Translations under genes and position numbers: made by a program
Shown here: positions 12,809 to 26,639 of the stretch, one piece after another
Numbering within the stretch: the stretch's first letter is position 1
How the letters are laid out: each line of letters begins with the position of its first letter
The notes under the pieces: model-generated
The model's input: only the letters and a program-made list of their open reading frames with translations
Databases searched by the model: none
Told to the model about the DNA's origin: nothing
Source: Octopus vulgaris
Lineage: Eukaryota
Length of the DNA: 64,000 bases
Direction of reading: 5' to 3'
Assembly: GCA_951406725.2 (NCBI GenBank)
Contig: OX597816.1
Location: forward strand, 128,464,001 to 128,528,000

Positions 12809-13259
12809 CATAGGATGAGAACCTTTTTATGCTGAAAGGCTTCATTGAAGTTAATTTCCACCTGAATAGATTGTTTTCTCATTCATTCATATGTTTGTTG
12901 TTTGTTCCAATGTCTGTTTTCTAACTTTTCCATGTTAGCATGGATTCAATGAAGATTTGTTATTGCAGCATTATTTTGCAGTTGGACACCCTTTCTGTCA
13001 CTAACCCAAAACTTTTTTCTTTTATTCTTTTTAACTAAGGGAACTTTTTAATTTCACTTGCCTCGAAAGGTGAAGAAGAATTACAAAACAATTTGTTAAT
13101 AGGGAATGTTAATATCATTGTTTTGCTGAAGTAGTTTCATGCAAAAATACAGAATGTAAACATTCATAGACATGAACACATACACAAATATATATACATA
13201 CATGCATATCTATGTAAGTATGTGGATGGATGGATGGATGGATGAACAGATGGATGGAT

Positions 13260-13550
13260 AGGCATGGCTGTGTGGTAAGAAGCTTGCTTCCTAATCACAT
13301 GGTTCTGGGTTCAGTCCCACTGTGTAACACCTTGGGCAAGTGTCTGCTAGTATAGCCTCAGGCCAACGAAAGCTTAGTGAGGGGATTTGGTAGATGGAAA
13401 AGGAAAGAACCCCATTGTATGTATATATATATATATGTATATATATGTAAGTATTTGTGTGTCTGTGTTTGTCCCCCCACCATCACTTGACAACTGATGC
13501 CCGTGTGTTTATGTCTCTGTAACTTAGTGGTTCAGCAAAAGAGACCAATA
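13260..13550 (+). mobile_element. SINE family A, 3'-truncated
   Basis: Matches the family A head and body; ends in (GA)n. Confidence 0.85.
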
Positions 13551-14266
13551 GAGAGAGAGAGAGAGAGTGAGAAAGAAAGAGAAATACATATAAATCTATA
13601 CATATAAATTTGACATGGCCGATTCTTTCTTGTCTTGGTATTCACAGTCAAATGGCTGGGTGGAATTGCATGAAAAGTTACACAGATGTGTAGAATGATC
13701 CAGTAGAGTTGCGGTGCTTTGTATTTTTTTGCATAGCTCCCATGGTTACCGAGATAATCTACTATAACAATACTCTTGTGTTTATGAATGAGAAAGGAAG
13801 GGGTGATAGATGAATAAGGAAGGAAGGGGTGATGTCATACTTGGTAGTGGGATGATGAAAATTGTACGCTGAAAAAATAAATCAAACAGCGTTTTAGCTC
13901 TGTGTGAATATATGTGTGTATATGTAAAAAGGGGTATGTGAATGTGTGTGTGTGTTTGTGTATGTATGTGTGTGTGCTTGTGTGTGTGAGTGTGCAAGTG
14001 CACGTTCAATAGAAGTGGGATGGTTCATCATTGTTCACTTAGTATTTGGGTTTATTTTTTGATTTGGTTGAATCTTGGTTGTTTTTTTTTTTTGTTAGTC
14101 AGTTATTTTTAGTGTTTGACAGAAAAAAGTCATTCTAAAATTGTTTTTTAATGTAAGTGTGCTCAAACAAGTCAAATGCTTACACAGAGCAGGTTTTACA
14201 GCCAAACCGGCTGAGTGAAACCAGGCTTAGCAGCTAGTATACATATACATACATATATATACATAC

Positions 14267-14312
<46 letters not shown>

Positions 14313-14364
14313 TCTACATACATGCATGTAAATACAAGCATACATATATACATATATGTATATA

Positions 14365-15151
14365 GATAATCCAAATAAGAAGACAAAGAAAGAGTTAAGC
14401 ATTCTTTAATGAGTAGTTACAATTGTTTTGGTATGACTCTGTTTTTAATGCCATTGAGCACAAAAGTTCCATATGAAAAGTTATGTAATATTCATGGTTT
14501 AATACAGTGGAGTGGAACTTCATAATATCTGCATCAAAAGATGCACTCTTACATTGCGTGTCTATCAAGCATTGTATGTTGCTTATATTGGGGGAAAACA
14601 ATAAATATTCTTATTTTATATTTATTTTATACTTATTGTTTCCTTGGCAGAGGCATGTGTCTTAGTGGTTAGGATATCAGCATCATGATCCTAAGATTTT
14701 GGTTTCAATTCCTGGACCGGGCGATGCATTGTGTTCTTGAGCAAAACATTTCATTTCACGTTGCTCTAGTCCACTCAGCTGGCAAAAATGAGTAATGCTG
14801 TGATGGACTGGCGTCTTGTCCAGCTGGGGAACACATACGCCATAGAAACTGGGAAACCGGGCCCATGAGCCTGGATAGGCTTTAAAAGGGCGCATTTATT
14901 TATTTTATTTTATTGTTTCCTTACAATATAAGCAACATACAATGTTTGACAGTTGCACAATGTGAAAATCCACCTTTTGATGCAAATCTGATGACAAACC
15001 ACTCTAATATTTAAAACTGCAAATATTATGCAACTTACCATGTGGAACTTTTGCATGCAATGGCATTAAAAACAGAATGGTACTGAACCAATTGTAACTG
15101 GTCATTAAAGAAGTGCTAAATGCTTTTTTTGCCTCTTTATTGCGATTATAC
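14365..15151. mobile_element. Foldback MITE with ~240-bp inverted arms, interrupted by a SINE
   Basis: 14380-14605 is the diverged reverse complement of 14911-15140 (TTTTTAATGCCATTG/CAATGGCATTAAAAA; TGTATGTTGCTTATATTG/CAATATAAGCAACATACA). Confidence 0.8.
14646..14909 (+). mobile_element. SINE family C, full length
   Basis: Aligns with 12595-12808. TSD TTATTGTTTCCTT at 14633 and 14910. Confidence 0.9.
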
Positions 15152-18100
15152 TTTATTTTTCACTAGACCCATGCAATGGACTTAGAAATGTGATACCTGG
15201 ATTTTCTACATAGAAGAATTTCGATTGTCCTTGAGATGTCAGTCCAAGAGTGTAGGCAGCCTTGAGTTTGGGCAGAGTGCTGTATGGGAAATACTTTGGT
15301 TTTCTGCACTTCCAGGTCCAAAATAAATAAATAAACAAATAAATAAATCACCATCATCATCATCATCTAGCATCTGTTCTCCATGCTGGCATGGCTGGGT
15401 AGTTTGATAAGAGCTGCCCAAGGATGGCTGGCTGACTGGTTGGATGGATGAATGGACGGATGGATAGATGAATGGATGGATAAAGTGAGGTATATATTTG
15501 TTTATGTGAGTTTGAGTTTATATGCATGTATGTATGTACATATACAACTATTTATCAATTCCACTCACAAGTCATAGGTTGACTCGATGTTATGGTAGAA
15601 GACACTTGACCAAGATGTCACACAGTTTAGTTAGAACTCAGAACCACATGATTATAAAGTGAGCCATACCAGCACCTTTCCAAAAATATGTTTATACACC
15701 TAAACCTATTATTATATAAAATATAACTATTCATAAACCTCTAATAAAATATATAAATGCCAGTCTTGAAATAAGCGGCCTACCATATCACTTTCCATCT
15801 GCCTTTTTTTTTTTTTTTAATTTCTTTTGATTTCTATGTTTTAAACACAATTGTAATTACAAGTGTAAATGAAAAAATATAAATAGGTGTTTCTAAAATT
15901 TACAATTAGCTGCAATTAAATATAATTAAATGAACAAAAATATATTCCAATATAATGATTTTTCCAGCAAACATTTTTCTTCTTTCAGAAAACCAGTTAG
16001 CTCGTCCTCTTGAGAACATCATAGGTTCCCAACCTCTGTCCTATACCATGTTATGACCAGCAAGTTATCTTAACTCTGAACATTTTGATGTTTAGCTTAC
16101 AAGTTTAAAAATTTTATTTCTGTCTAAAACTCTGAAAGGCAATAAAGCACCATCTATTCTTGCTTATATCTATTGAAGAATATACTTCTTCTCCAAAATA
16201 GTATTCATAATTCCTTTATTGTGATTCTTATTCAATTATAGTATAACTCAAGTTAAACCAACCCTGAAAATTATGTCTTATTATCATATTTCATTGGGTG
16301 TTTTTCAACATTTATCACTTAAGTATGTTAACATTATCATACCTATTCTTATTTTTCTCTTCATCATTATTACCACAGTCATCCTCCTCTTTCTCATTAT
16401 AATTACCACAAAATCTTTCTCCTCATCATCATAACCAAACCAAGTCTCCCTTTCCCCATCTCAATCTTCCTCATCATCATTAGTAGCAGTGGTACCATCT
16501 CACCACCAACCTTGTCATCATCATTATATGCCTCATAACTATGATCACAATAGCATTCATGATTATCATCACTGTCAGTACCAGTATGAATGCTTTATAT
16601 AACCATAGTTACTTTACTTTTCATTGAAAATATAAGATTTAGACATTTTGGTTCAACAGAACAGGTCTGCTAATCAAATTGTATCCGTTCTTATAAGGTT
16701 TGCTAATTTCTGAGGTTATGTATTATAAAACTGAACAGTAATTTAATGAAACTTTAGTTTTTATATGTTAGTGTATTTTCCCAACCGATCTTTATGTCTG
16801 TCTCAACATGAAGTAATTGGAAATTTGATCCAATGAAGAGTGAAGGGAGGTATCTATAGGACCTCACTATTTGTCTAATGTAGCAGACAAATTAACCTTA
16901 ATACACTCCCTGCTGTTCTAAAATTTAGGATAATGTGGAGTATGGTTACAAATAGAAACACCATTTAAATGTTCCATTCACTTATCTTCATGCCATAAGT
17001 TTGATCATGCAGTACTGAGCTGAACAAGTGAACAACTATAAAAACTTCAAAAGCAACAACTATCATTACTTCTACTACTTCTATAACTGCAGTAATAACA
17101 TTTGCAAACAAAATAAAATGTTCAGTACATGGGTTAAACTGAGAAGAGCAAAAAAAAAACCAAAAAAAAAAACCAACAGAAAATAAACAAATAAAACCTC
17201 GGAAATTTTTGCAAATTATTATGATTACTCTAAATAAACCTGTGTTTCATTTAGATTTACATTTGTTAGTCTTTCTTTTTATCTTGTTTCTTTCTCCTCT
17301 CAAGAATATAATATCCTTTTAATGTAATCTTCACAGTATGCCTCACTGACACAGGAATAAATGACAAAATTAATTAACAAAACATTTTATTTTGATAACT
17401 TGATACACCTTTAACATTTTAAAACTAAATTTATCCAGTCAGTAAAATAAACTTCAACTTCACTAGCAGATAATTTCCTGCAATATTCTCCAAATGCCAA
17501 TACTTATAAATCCCAACGGAGTCATAATTTGTTTGTTGTGTTTGCTTGTTTTATATAAAAGGCGGGCAAGGAAACACTTGTAATAAAATGCTTGTTAGTG
17601 CAATCCAATCTATTTAACAAGGTTGTGAAACCAGCAGCTGCAATACAAAAAGGTTCTTCTCTTGCAACTTCTTATCAGAATTATTCTGTATGTTTTACTG
17701 TTTCTTTGTTGTTTATATTTGGCTTCCTTTGTTGTCTTACTTTCACTCTCGTAAGTACCTTTCTTGGAAGTTTTGAGTCTCAAAATGTTGTCAGAAGCAT
17801 GTTAGCAGATTTATTCTCCAGATAATTATCGAAGTCATGTTAGTGATACTTGTGAAGTGAATCTTGGCATTGCTATAAGCATAACGTACAATGCATGCAT
17901 GAGTGGAAGCACTAACACATAAGCATATTTATATAGACTCACACTCACATAATCAGAATTACTTACACATATGCACATATATGAATGCACACAACTTCAT
18001 ATACGCAATTAACTACTGGTAGGTATACTTTTGATTTTATCCTCTCAAAGAAAATAAAATCTTCAGAAAGTAAGATACTGCTATTATATCACTTGTTAAT

Positions 18101-18759
18101 TCTTAGAATAAAGTGACAAAGCTTAAATTTTTCATTCAATTAATGTTCATTTTTCTATACTAGCATAAGTTTAGCTGGAGAGCTATTTGATGCTAGAATT
18201 TACAGCAAGATGCTCTTATTGTCACCAACCCTTGTCCACAATCTTATATATTTCTCAAATAAGGAATTTCTTTATTCCACAAATCTTCAAATGCACAAAA
18301 TGACAGGTGACAGTGTCAACAAGTAATGTCAGCCAATTTGTGCTCTATATATTTATATTACACCAGCATGTAATATAAATATTCACACACATATAGACAC
18401 ATACACAAATACACAAATACAACAGGTGACCTGCAGTTTCCAACAAACGAATTCCCTCATATGGCATTGTTAACCCAGGGCTGTAGCAGAAAAAAAAACA
18501 AGGTGCTGTGCAGTAGAACTGAAGTGAAACCACATGGTAACAAAGTGAACTTCTTAATTAAAAGACATATTTGTCCATATGGTAGCAAAGCTAGCTTCTT
18601 AAACTCACATGCATGCCAAATTAAATATTCCTAAAAATGTGATTTTAAAGCTATTGTTTTTAATGTCTCTATTGTTATTTATGATATCATCAATCCACTT
18701 TTCCTCTTTTATATTGATGCTGGTCTCACTTGAATTTGGAGCATGTGACACAGGTACCC

Positions 18760-19290
18760 ACATATTGCGTGATGGTGAATGGAACTGGGATGGATAGAAG
18801 GACAGTTTCATATATCTGGGAAGCTGGATAACATCAGATGAAATGTTAGGTAAGGACATCAAGTGCAGAACTGGATTAGCAAAGAAGACTTTTATGGATA
18901 CTAGGAGCATTTTTGTGCAAAGGGAATTGAAATGGAAGTCAATAAAAGACTATTAAAGTGCTACATGTGGTCATTACTAACATAGGGTGTGAGTCTTGAA
19001 CGATAAGCAAAATCATGGAGAAGAGCCTCAAAGCTGCAGAAATGTAGTTTTATAGAAAAATGCTTAGAATCTTGTGGGTACAGAGGGTGACGAATGTGGA
19101 AGTGTTGAAGAAGATGAAAGTGAAAAGACAGTTGATGGATACAAGCAGAGAGAGGCAGTGAAGATTTGTTGGTCGTTTTCTCAGAGAGGATGACGGAATG
19201 GAGCAGTACATGGTGGAGACTGAGCTGGTGGGAAGGAGAGTGTGAGGAAGGCAGAGAAGGAAGATGTTCGACAGGATGAATATCTTAACA
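18760..19290 (+). mobile_element. RTE-clade LINE, 3' fragment of ORF (pseudogene)
   Basis: Translates across frameshifts to SFIYLGSWITSD...IKCRTGLAKKTF...LLKCYMWSLL...LKAAEM*FYRKMLRILWVQRVTNVEVL...GRRV*GRQR, the post-RT region typical of RTE elements. Confidence 0.85.
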
Positions 19291-20010
19291 ATTTTTTCAT
19301 CCAAATGAAGCTGAACACCATTCCTCCATGTGGTCAGCTTGAAAAATTTTAAAGATATTAACATGAAACCAATGCTAGCTTTGATACACACACACACACA
19401 CACATATATATATTGGCCTGCTCACCTAGCCAGCGGGATGGCATCATTCAAAAGCTAAAGTGATGCAAAGTACATTGTGACCAGCAATGTACAATAACAC
19501 CCAGTAGTCTCGTCGATCACATGATCACTTTTTGTACATATAAGTGTGTGCATGTGCATGTGTGTGTGTGTATCTAATTTAGTGGTATAAGATGAGAATT
19601 GTGTGACTATCACAGAAAGCTCCTCTAAAGGACTTGGCTAACAGACCACTCGGTAACCCAACACAGTGAAGTGAAATACTGAGTGTCAATGCAGTTGAAA
19701 TCCAGAATGAAATTACATCACGAGGAGTATATACACTAGAAAATGTCAGGCAGTATAAGAGGTGAATATATTTATTTAACCATTTGACACCCTGAGGATT
19801 ACAACCATTTTGCAGCTTTCTTCATATAGCAATAATTTCTGCATGAAATACATGATGTTTCCATGTTTGCATTAATATGCATGCTACACCTTACATAATA
19901 CAATTGTATATTTACAAATCAATGCAAAGAAAGAAAGCTAGCTCATCAGATCCCCAGAACACCAAGGATTATATCCTACTTTATCTATCATACTGTTTAT
20001 CTATAATCCT

Positions 20011-20062
<52 letters not shown>

Positions 20063-20069
20063 GTAATTA

Positions 20070-20162
20070 AAAATTATCCCTGGCTTACCATCAATACAGG
20101 AAGTGCAAAAGATTGTCTTAACTGGTATGTCACACATATTGAGAAGACCATTGTCACTGTGA
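20070..20162 (+). mobile_element. R4/Dong-like (RLE) retrotransposon, extreme C-terminal fragment
   Basis: KIIPGLPSIQEVQKIVLTGMSHILRRPLSL* directly after an (AAT)n array. Resembles the 'QK.VL.GT.HILR..L' C-terminus of R4-clade ORFs. Confidence 0.7.
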
Positions 20163-20549
20163 ATTTTCTTGTCCTTCCTTCTTTATGTTCTTTGTTTACA
20201 TTTTTATTTTTTATTTTTTCTCTGTCTTTCTTCCCCTTTTCTCTATCACATGACTTTGTAAATGGACAATTTGCCTGTAGCACGTAAAAGCATCCATTAC
20301 ACTCTCAGGAGTGGTTGGCATTTGGAAGGGCATCCAGCTGTGGAAATCATGCCAAATCAGACTGGAATCTGGTGCAGTATTCTAACTTGGACACCCAGAC
20401 AAGTGACACTTGGACACCCAGACAAGTAGTCCAACCCATGGCAGCAGACATTAAATGATGATGATATATGTGTATGCAAGTGTGCATATATATTTATATG
20501 CATATGTACGTATGTATATATGCATTTTCATATACACACACACATATAC

Positions 20550-20582
<33 letters not shown>

Positions 20583-20639
20583 GCATCATCATCATTGTCA
20601 TTGTCGCTTATAGATATTCCATGCTGGCATATCTATCTA

Positions 20640-20706
<67 letters not shown>

Positions 20707-20944
20707 ATGTATATACGTGCACATATTTGTTATTCATATATGTATTTATTGAATTTATTTAATCTATATCCATAAACCTGTCAGATTTTGGAATATAGCA
20801 CATGTTTTGTTTTTTTTTAGTCATGTGGGACTTTGTATATAGCATTTGTAATGTTTATATGTATTTGTTATGTGTGTGTGTATTTATTTTTGTATGTATG
20901 TGTATATGTATCTGTGTGAGTGCATGTACACATGAATACATATG

Positions 20945-20990
<46 letters not shown>

Positions 20991-21507
20991 TTAATACATA
21001 CATATATGTACACACATACACACATGTATATGTATGTATATATACCTATATGATATATATATATATGTATGTATGTATGTCTACACACACACACACACAT
21101 ACACACACACACATAAATAGAGAAAGAGAGTGTGAGTGTGTGATAGAGAGGGTGATTATTAATTCTAGGAAGTAATTCTAGAAATGGAAGGACAAGAAAC
21201 ATGAAAATTTATAACACTCAACCCATTTGTAAAAAATTGTTTCTCTATAAATGAACATTTTGATATCATGCAACAACTTTTGAAAAGATAAAATACTGTC
21301 AGTTAATCACAGTTTTTTTGCCTTGTATGTGTGTGTGTTTGTGTGCACATGTGCATGCATGTGTGAGTGTGTGTGCTTGTGTGTATGCATATATAAAATA
21401 CACACACATACACACACACATACACAGTTGTGTTTGGTTCGAAGACAAATTTTAAAAGATAAATTTTAGTTGACACCAATATGCAACATATATGTATATA
21501 GTTGTAT

Positions 21508-21895
21508 TCTTTTATTCTGTTATCTGTTTCAGTCATTTGACTGTGGTCATGCTGGAGCACCACCATTAGTCGAATAAATCGCCTCCAGAGCTTATTCTTT
21601 CTAAGCCTAGTACATATTCTATCGGTCCCTTTTGGCGAACTGCTAAATTATGGAGACGTAAACACACCAACATCAGTTGTCAAGTGATGGTGAGGGGGAC
21701 AAACACAGACACACATATATATATATATATATATATACAACAGGCTTCTTTCAGTTTCCATCTACCAAATCCACTCATAAGGCTTTGATCAACCTGAGGT
21801 TATAGTAAGAGACATTGCTCAAGGTGTCACACAGTAGGACTGAACTTGGAACCATGTTTTTGGGAAGCAAGCTTTTTATCACATATCCACTTCAT
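21508..21895 (-). mobile_element. SINE family A, full length
   Basis: Reverse complement of the consensus from tail to head. Confidence 0.9.
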
Positions 21896-22041
21896 GTATG
21901 TGCATATATATTTTTTTTTTTCTATAGATATATAATTATATGAATATAATTATATATCTATAGTGATTATTACCTAAGTGTTTTTTTTCCATGCTGATTA
22001 TTTGATATGATTGCTATTTTAAATAATGGTCTTATCCTCTT

Positions 22042-22111
<70 letters not shown>

Positions 22112-22114
<3 letters not shown>

Positions 22115-22268
22115 AGAGTTTATGAAAAAAACAAAAGACGAAGACAGGTGGTGTACAAAACAAACAGATGTATTAGTATAACGCTCAGGAATAGAAAAAG
22201 TATTTTATGTTTCAAGCCTACACTCTTCTACAGAAAGGGACACAGAAAAAAACAAGGAGAGAAAATGG
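22112..22268 (-). repeat. Dispersed ~160-bp repeat, probably a Penelope-like terminal repeat, with a degenerate minimal hammerhead
   Basis: Homologous to 29305-29470 and, more weakly, 41480-41640. Minus strand: CTTT CTGTAGA A GAGT-GTAG-GCTT GAAA CATA AAAT. Confidence 0.6.
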
Positions 22269-22967
22269 GCGAGGGATCTATGCTAATAGGACTTTCAGAC
22301 TTCAGCAAGTTTCCAACCTACCAGATTGGTAACATTAAAAGGAAAAGAGTGACAGCTCCTCTTAGCAGAAATCAGTGCAGATATAGAGGAAGCACTGGCT
22401 AGCATGATGGTGGAACTCAAATAACAATGAGGTGAGTCAAGGTAAGTGGGTCAATAGATGGCTGTAGAACATTATTTAGTCAAATCCATGGCCTTGAAGA
22501 CATCCAAGCTGTCTACAACACATTACCAAGTCTGACAAATCTTCACACATGAACCAAGAGTGAAACACCCGCTTGTCTTTTGCAAATGGAAAGAGAGTTC
22601 TACCTTTAAAATCATCTCATTAGAGTGGCATCAGATCCTTAGCTAATGGTCATTATTGCTGGTGACATGATCAGGTGCTCCTGGGTGTTGTAGAGGTGAT
22701 ATCAATGGTCATTATACTTTGTAAGAACCACCATAGGCAGGAGGCCACCAATTCCCTTAAAGGTGGAGTGCTGAAATATTAATGACCATTTCTACTTTCC
22801 ACAGCTCCAGACTGGCAGCTGAGAGTGAATCATACCAACAAAATGACACACTACCCAGCAGTGTCATCTTCTCAAATTCCACCAAACAGAATCTCATTTG
22901 TATAAATCTTGGTCTGTATACTGCAGAACTGTGAAGTTTATACATACAGGACCTTTTACAACATTAC

Positions 22968-23193
22968 TCTTTACTCTTTTACTTGTCTCAGTCAGTTGAC
23001 TGTGGCTATGCTGGAGCACCACCTTTAGTCTAGCAAATTGACCCCAGGACTTATTCTTTGTAAGCCTAGTACTTATTCTATTGGTCTCTTTTGCCGAACC
23101 ACTAAGTTACGGGAATGTAAACACACCAGCATCGGTTGTCAAGCGATTTTTTTGGGGGACAAACACAGACACACAAACATATACACACACACA

Positions 23194-23249
<56 letters not shown>

Positions 23250-23415
23250 TACGACAGGCTTCTTTCAGGTTCCATCTACCAAATCCACTCACAAGGCTTT
23301 GTTCGGCCTGAGGCTATAGTAGAAGACACTTGCCCAAGGTGCCACGCAGTGGGACTGAACCCGGAACCATGTGGTTCATAAGCAAGCTACTTACCACACA
23401 ACCACTCCTAACGCC
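22968..23415 (-). mobile_element. SINE family A, full length, young
   Basis: Near-consensus copy with retained CpGs and internal (TA)n. Confidence 0.92.
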
Positions 23416-23694
23416 TAGCATTAGTGATCTAAAAAAACTAGCTGAAATAATAATTTCCATTAATATTTCTATGTATTTATCTAATCAACTCTAATGTCAT
23501 CAAAATTGATATCCAAAATGATTTAACACAATACCAAAGATTCTACACAGAAGACTTGTAGTAAATAAAACGTATCATAAGGCTCTATTGTACAGAATGC
23601 TACATTATTCCTTGCAGACAAAAATACTACATGCAAATTCATATACACTCCCAAACACACACACATACACATTGTTATGTCTTTGTCACTTTAA

Positions 23695-23910
23695 CCCTTT
23701 GGCATTCAGATTACTCTATCAAATGCTCTATGCTTATTTATTCACATTATTTAATCATACAGTATTTCATAGCTTTGAGATTTCAATGATGTGACATTTT
23801 AATTTTAGTTTGACTTTAAAGAGTAGGTGTGAGAGGCCAGATCAGGCTAGTGTGAATAGAAAACAGGCAGAATATTTGAGTCAGATATGGTTGGTTTAAA
23901 TGCCAAAGGG
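23695..23910. mobile_element. piggyBac-type MITE
   Basis: TTAA|CCCTTTGGCATT...AATGCCAAAGGG|TTAA, 216 bp. Confidence 0.88.
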
Positions 23911-24159
23911 TTAACTTATATTTTCTGTTCTTCTTTCTCTGTGATCAACACTAGAGTATTCTTAATGATGCGACAACCATAACATTTTCTTTCTAATTCA
24001 GTATTTGATAATCAAATCTAATTTTCTGTAATCTAACAATCATAATGGTAGAGATTTTGGCATTTTAATACTAAGACGCAGATCTCTTACCAACTTATAA
24101 GTAAACAAAACGCAAATATACCCCACCCAACCTTCCTCATCAATAGCTTCACATATATT

Positions 24160-24587
24160 CTTTTTTTTGTTTCAGTCATTTGACTGCAGCCATGCTGGAG
24201 CACCACATTTAGTCAAAGAAATCGACCCCAGGACTCATTCTTTGTAAGCCTAGTATTCATTCTATCAGTCTCTTTTGCCAAACTACTAAGTGACAGGGAT
24301 GTAAACACACCAACATCGGTTGTCAAGTGATAGTTAGGGGACAAATAACAAACACAAATAACAAACACACACATACATATATATATATATACATGTATGT
24401 ATACAACGGGCTTCTTTCAGTTTCTGTCTTACAAATCCACTGATTTAATGAATTTATATGAAGGCTCAGGAATGGCTGTGTGGTAAGAAGCTTGCTTCCC
24501 AACCACATGGTTCTGGGTTCAGTCCCACTGCGTGGCACCTTGGGCAAGTGTCTTTTACTTTAGCCTCAGGCCGACCAAAGCCTTGTG
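24160..24587. mobile_element. SINE family A split by an inversion
   Basis: The 3' part is on the minus strand (24160-24441); the missing 5' part is on the plus strand (24463-24587). Confidence 0.85.
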
Positions 24588-26639
24588 AAACAACAATGTC
24601 TTTCTTTGGAACAAGTGAGGAGGGCTGGTTCCACTGCAAGTATTGTCTCTTTGTCTGTAGCTCAAAATGATAAATCTAACACTCATCTTGGGTTAAGAAA
24701 TATTCAAGGAAACCAGCTGGATGTGGTGCACTTTTGATCAGGTGTTAGAAGACACAAACCTTCATCATGCCAAGTCCATCGTGCAGAAATTCTCAACTCT
24801 CCCACAGGATATATCAATAGCATTGGCTATTTGATTTACAGTGAATCACCTGTCATTCATCACTCCTTCATATTCAGCCTATGAACTTTTCAGTCTACCC
24901 TTACAGAAATAGGTACACAGAATTCTTGTGTACTGTAAGATGCAACTAAAACAGCCGATGAGTTGTTGGTCTCACACACACACAGACACACGCACACATG
25001 TGGGAGTGAGATGGAGAGAAGGTCACAAAACATTATCACAAATAAACCATCAAACTGATAGCACCATGGTGAAAAAGTAGATGTAGTCTAGATCTAGTAG
25101 TTATATATACATACATACATGTGTGTGTACACACACATATATATATATGAATTTACCTTTTGAAGTTAAATATGCCACTAACATATTATTTTGACTAGCC
25201 TAAACCTCGTTTACTCCCCATAACTGCTTGATGCTGTATATACTCCAATCACGCAGTCTGCAAGTGCAATCAATCACTGATATTGACTGTTCTGAAATAA
25301 AGCTATGGCTTTAGAATCTGCCTAGGGTTATCTCTCTTCAGTATTTTCCACTGCAGAAGGCTAAAAAGCCTGAAATGCATCAGGGAGTATGTTAGGAGGA
25401 AGCACTGGGCTGCTATGATGTTTGTACACCTTTTACTATAAGAGAGAATTTTGTTCCCCATGGTAACTACAGTGAGTTTGCTTTTAGAAGTTAAAATATG
25501 CCACACTCAAATTTTGTATATTTCTTACCACTTTTTAGTCCTATTGTACATACACATACATACATACATAGATACACACATATATATATATATCCACACA
25601 TGATGGGATTCTTTCAGTTTCCATCAGCCAAATCAACCCTCAAGGTCTTGGTTTGCCAGCAACTATAGTAGGAGTCACTTGTCCAAGATGCCACACAGTG
25701 TAACTGAAACCAGAACCATGTGGTTGGGAAGCAAGCCTTTTTATCACACAGTTATATATATATATGTGTGTGTGTGTATGGGAAAAGATAGATAGATAGA
25801 TAAATATTGACATATAGACATATACATTTACACATACACACACACACAACATATATATACATACATATTTATGAATGAGATAGAGGGAGACACATACAAT
25901 AAAATTCTATCTGTTCATACATATCACTATTTATGTTAGCATTCTACAAACACTACCATACATAAATTTATAATAATTATATAGATATATATATCAAAGT
26001 ATTTATCTATCTAGCTTTCCCACCCCTTTTTTTCTTTCCCACTCTTCCTTCTTTCTCTCTGTGTCGCCCTGCTTCTCTGTCTCCTTTCTCTTTTCTATTG
26101 GTCATGTGTGTGTGTGTAACATAGATAGATATCTATTTTTCACATATATTTAAGGTCAGATGTTATACATAATTTGAATATTCCAATTCTCAGATGTAGG
26201 GTGGGAATAAATATTATTTCTAAGCTATATTAGCTTAGTAATGCTATTCTACCATTTTTTTCTTTCTCTCATCTGACCCACTTTCTTCAACCCTGTTAGT
26301 TTACCAAAATGGACAGGTCTTGCTTTTTACCGAAATTCTCAAAGAAGTTGTTTTGGCATTGTTACACAGAAGCTTGAATCATGTTCTTGCACATTGATGT
26401 TCTCATACACACCATGCAGATGACGTTCAAACAGCATATATTTATGTATATTCACTTTAAGAAGATCAGATAACACATACACGTGCATTGCATCCTCATC
26501 ACCATCGTCGTCATCTTTTATCATCATTGTGCATCCACTTTTGATGCTGGCACAGGTTGGATGGGCAATCATAGTCCAAGTCATTTCATATTCAGAATTT
26601 CTGCAATGCTTGAAATATAAACATACATACATATATATA

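Noticed and set aside
22270-22960. Possible Penelope RT remnant on the minus strand, next to the hammerhead repeat
   Set aside because: Only faint peptide hints (LNNVLQP, FEF..FLY); too degenerate to call without a profile search.
24590-24960. GC-balanced unique stretch with a CKYC motif
   Set aside because: No sustained ORF, splice context or convincing GIY-YIG motif.
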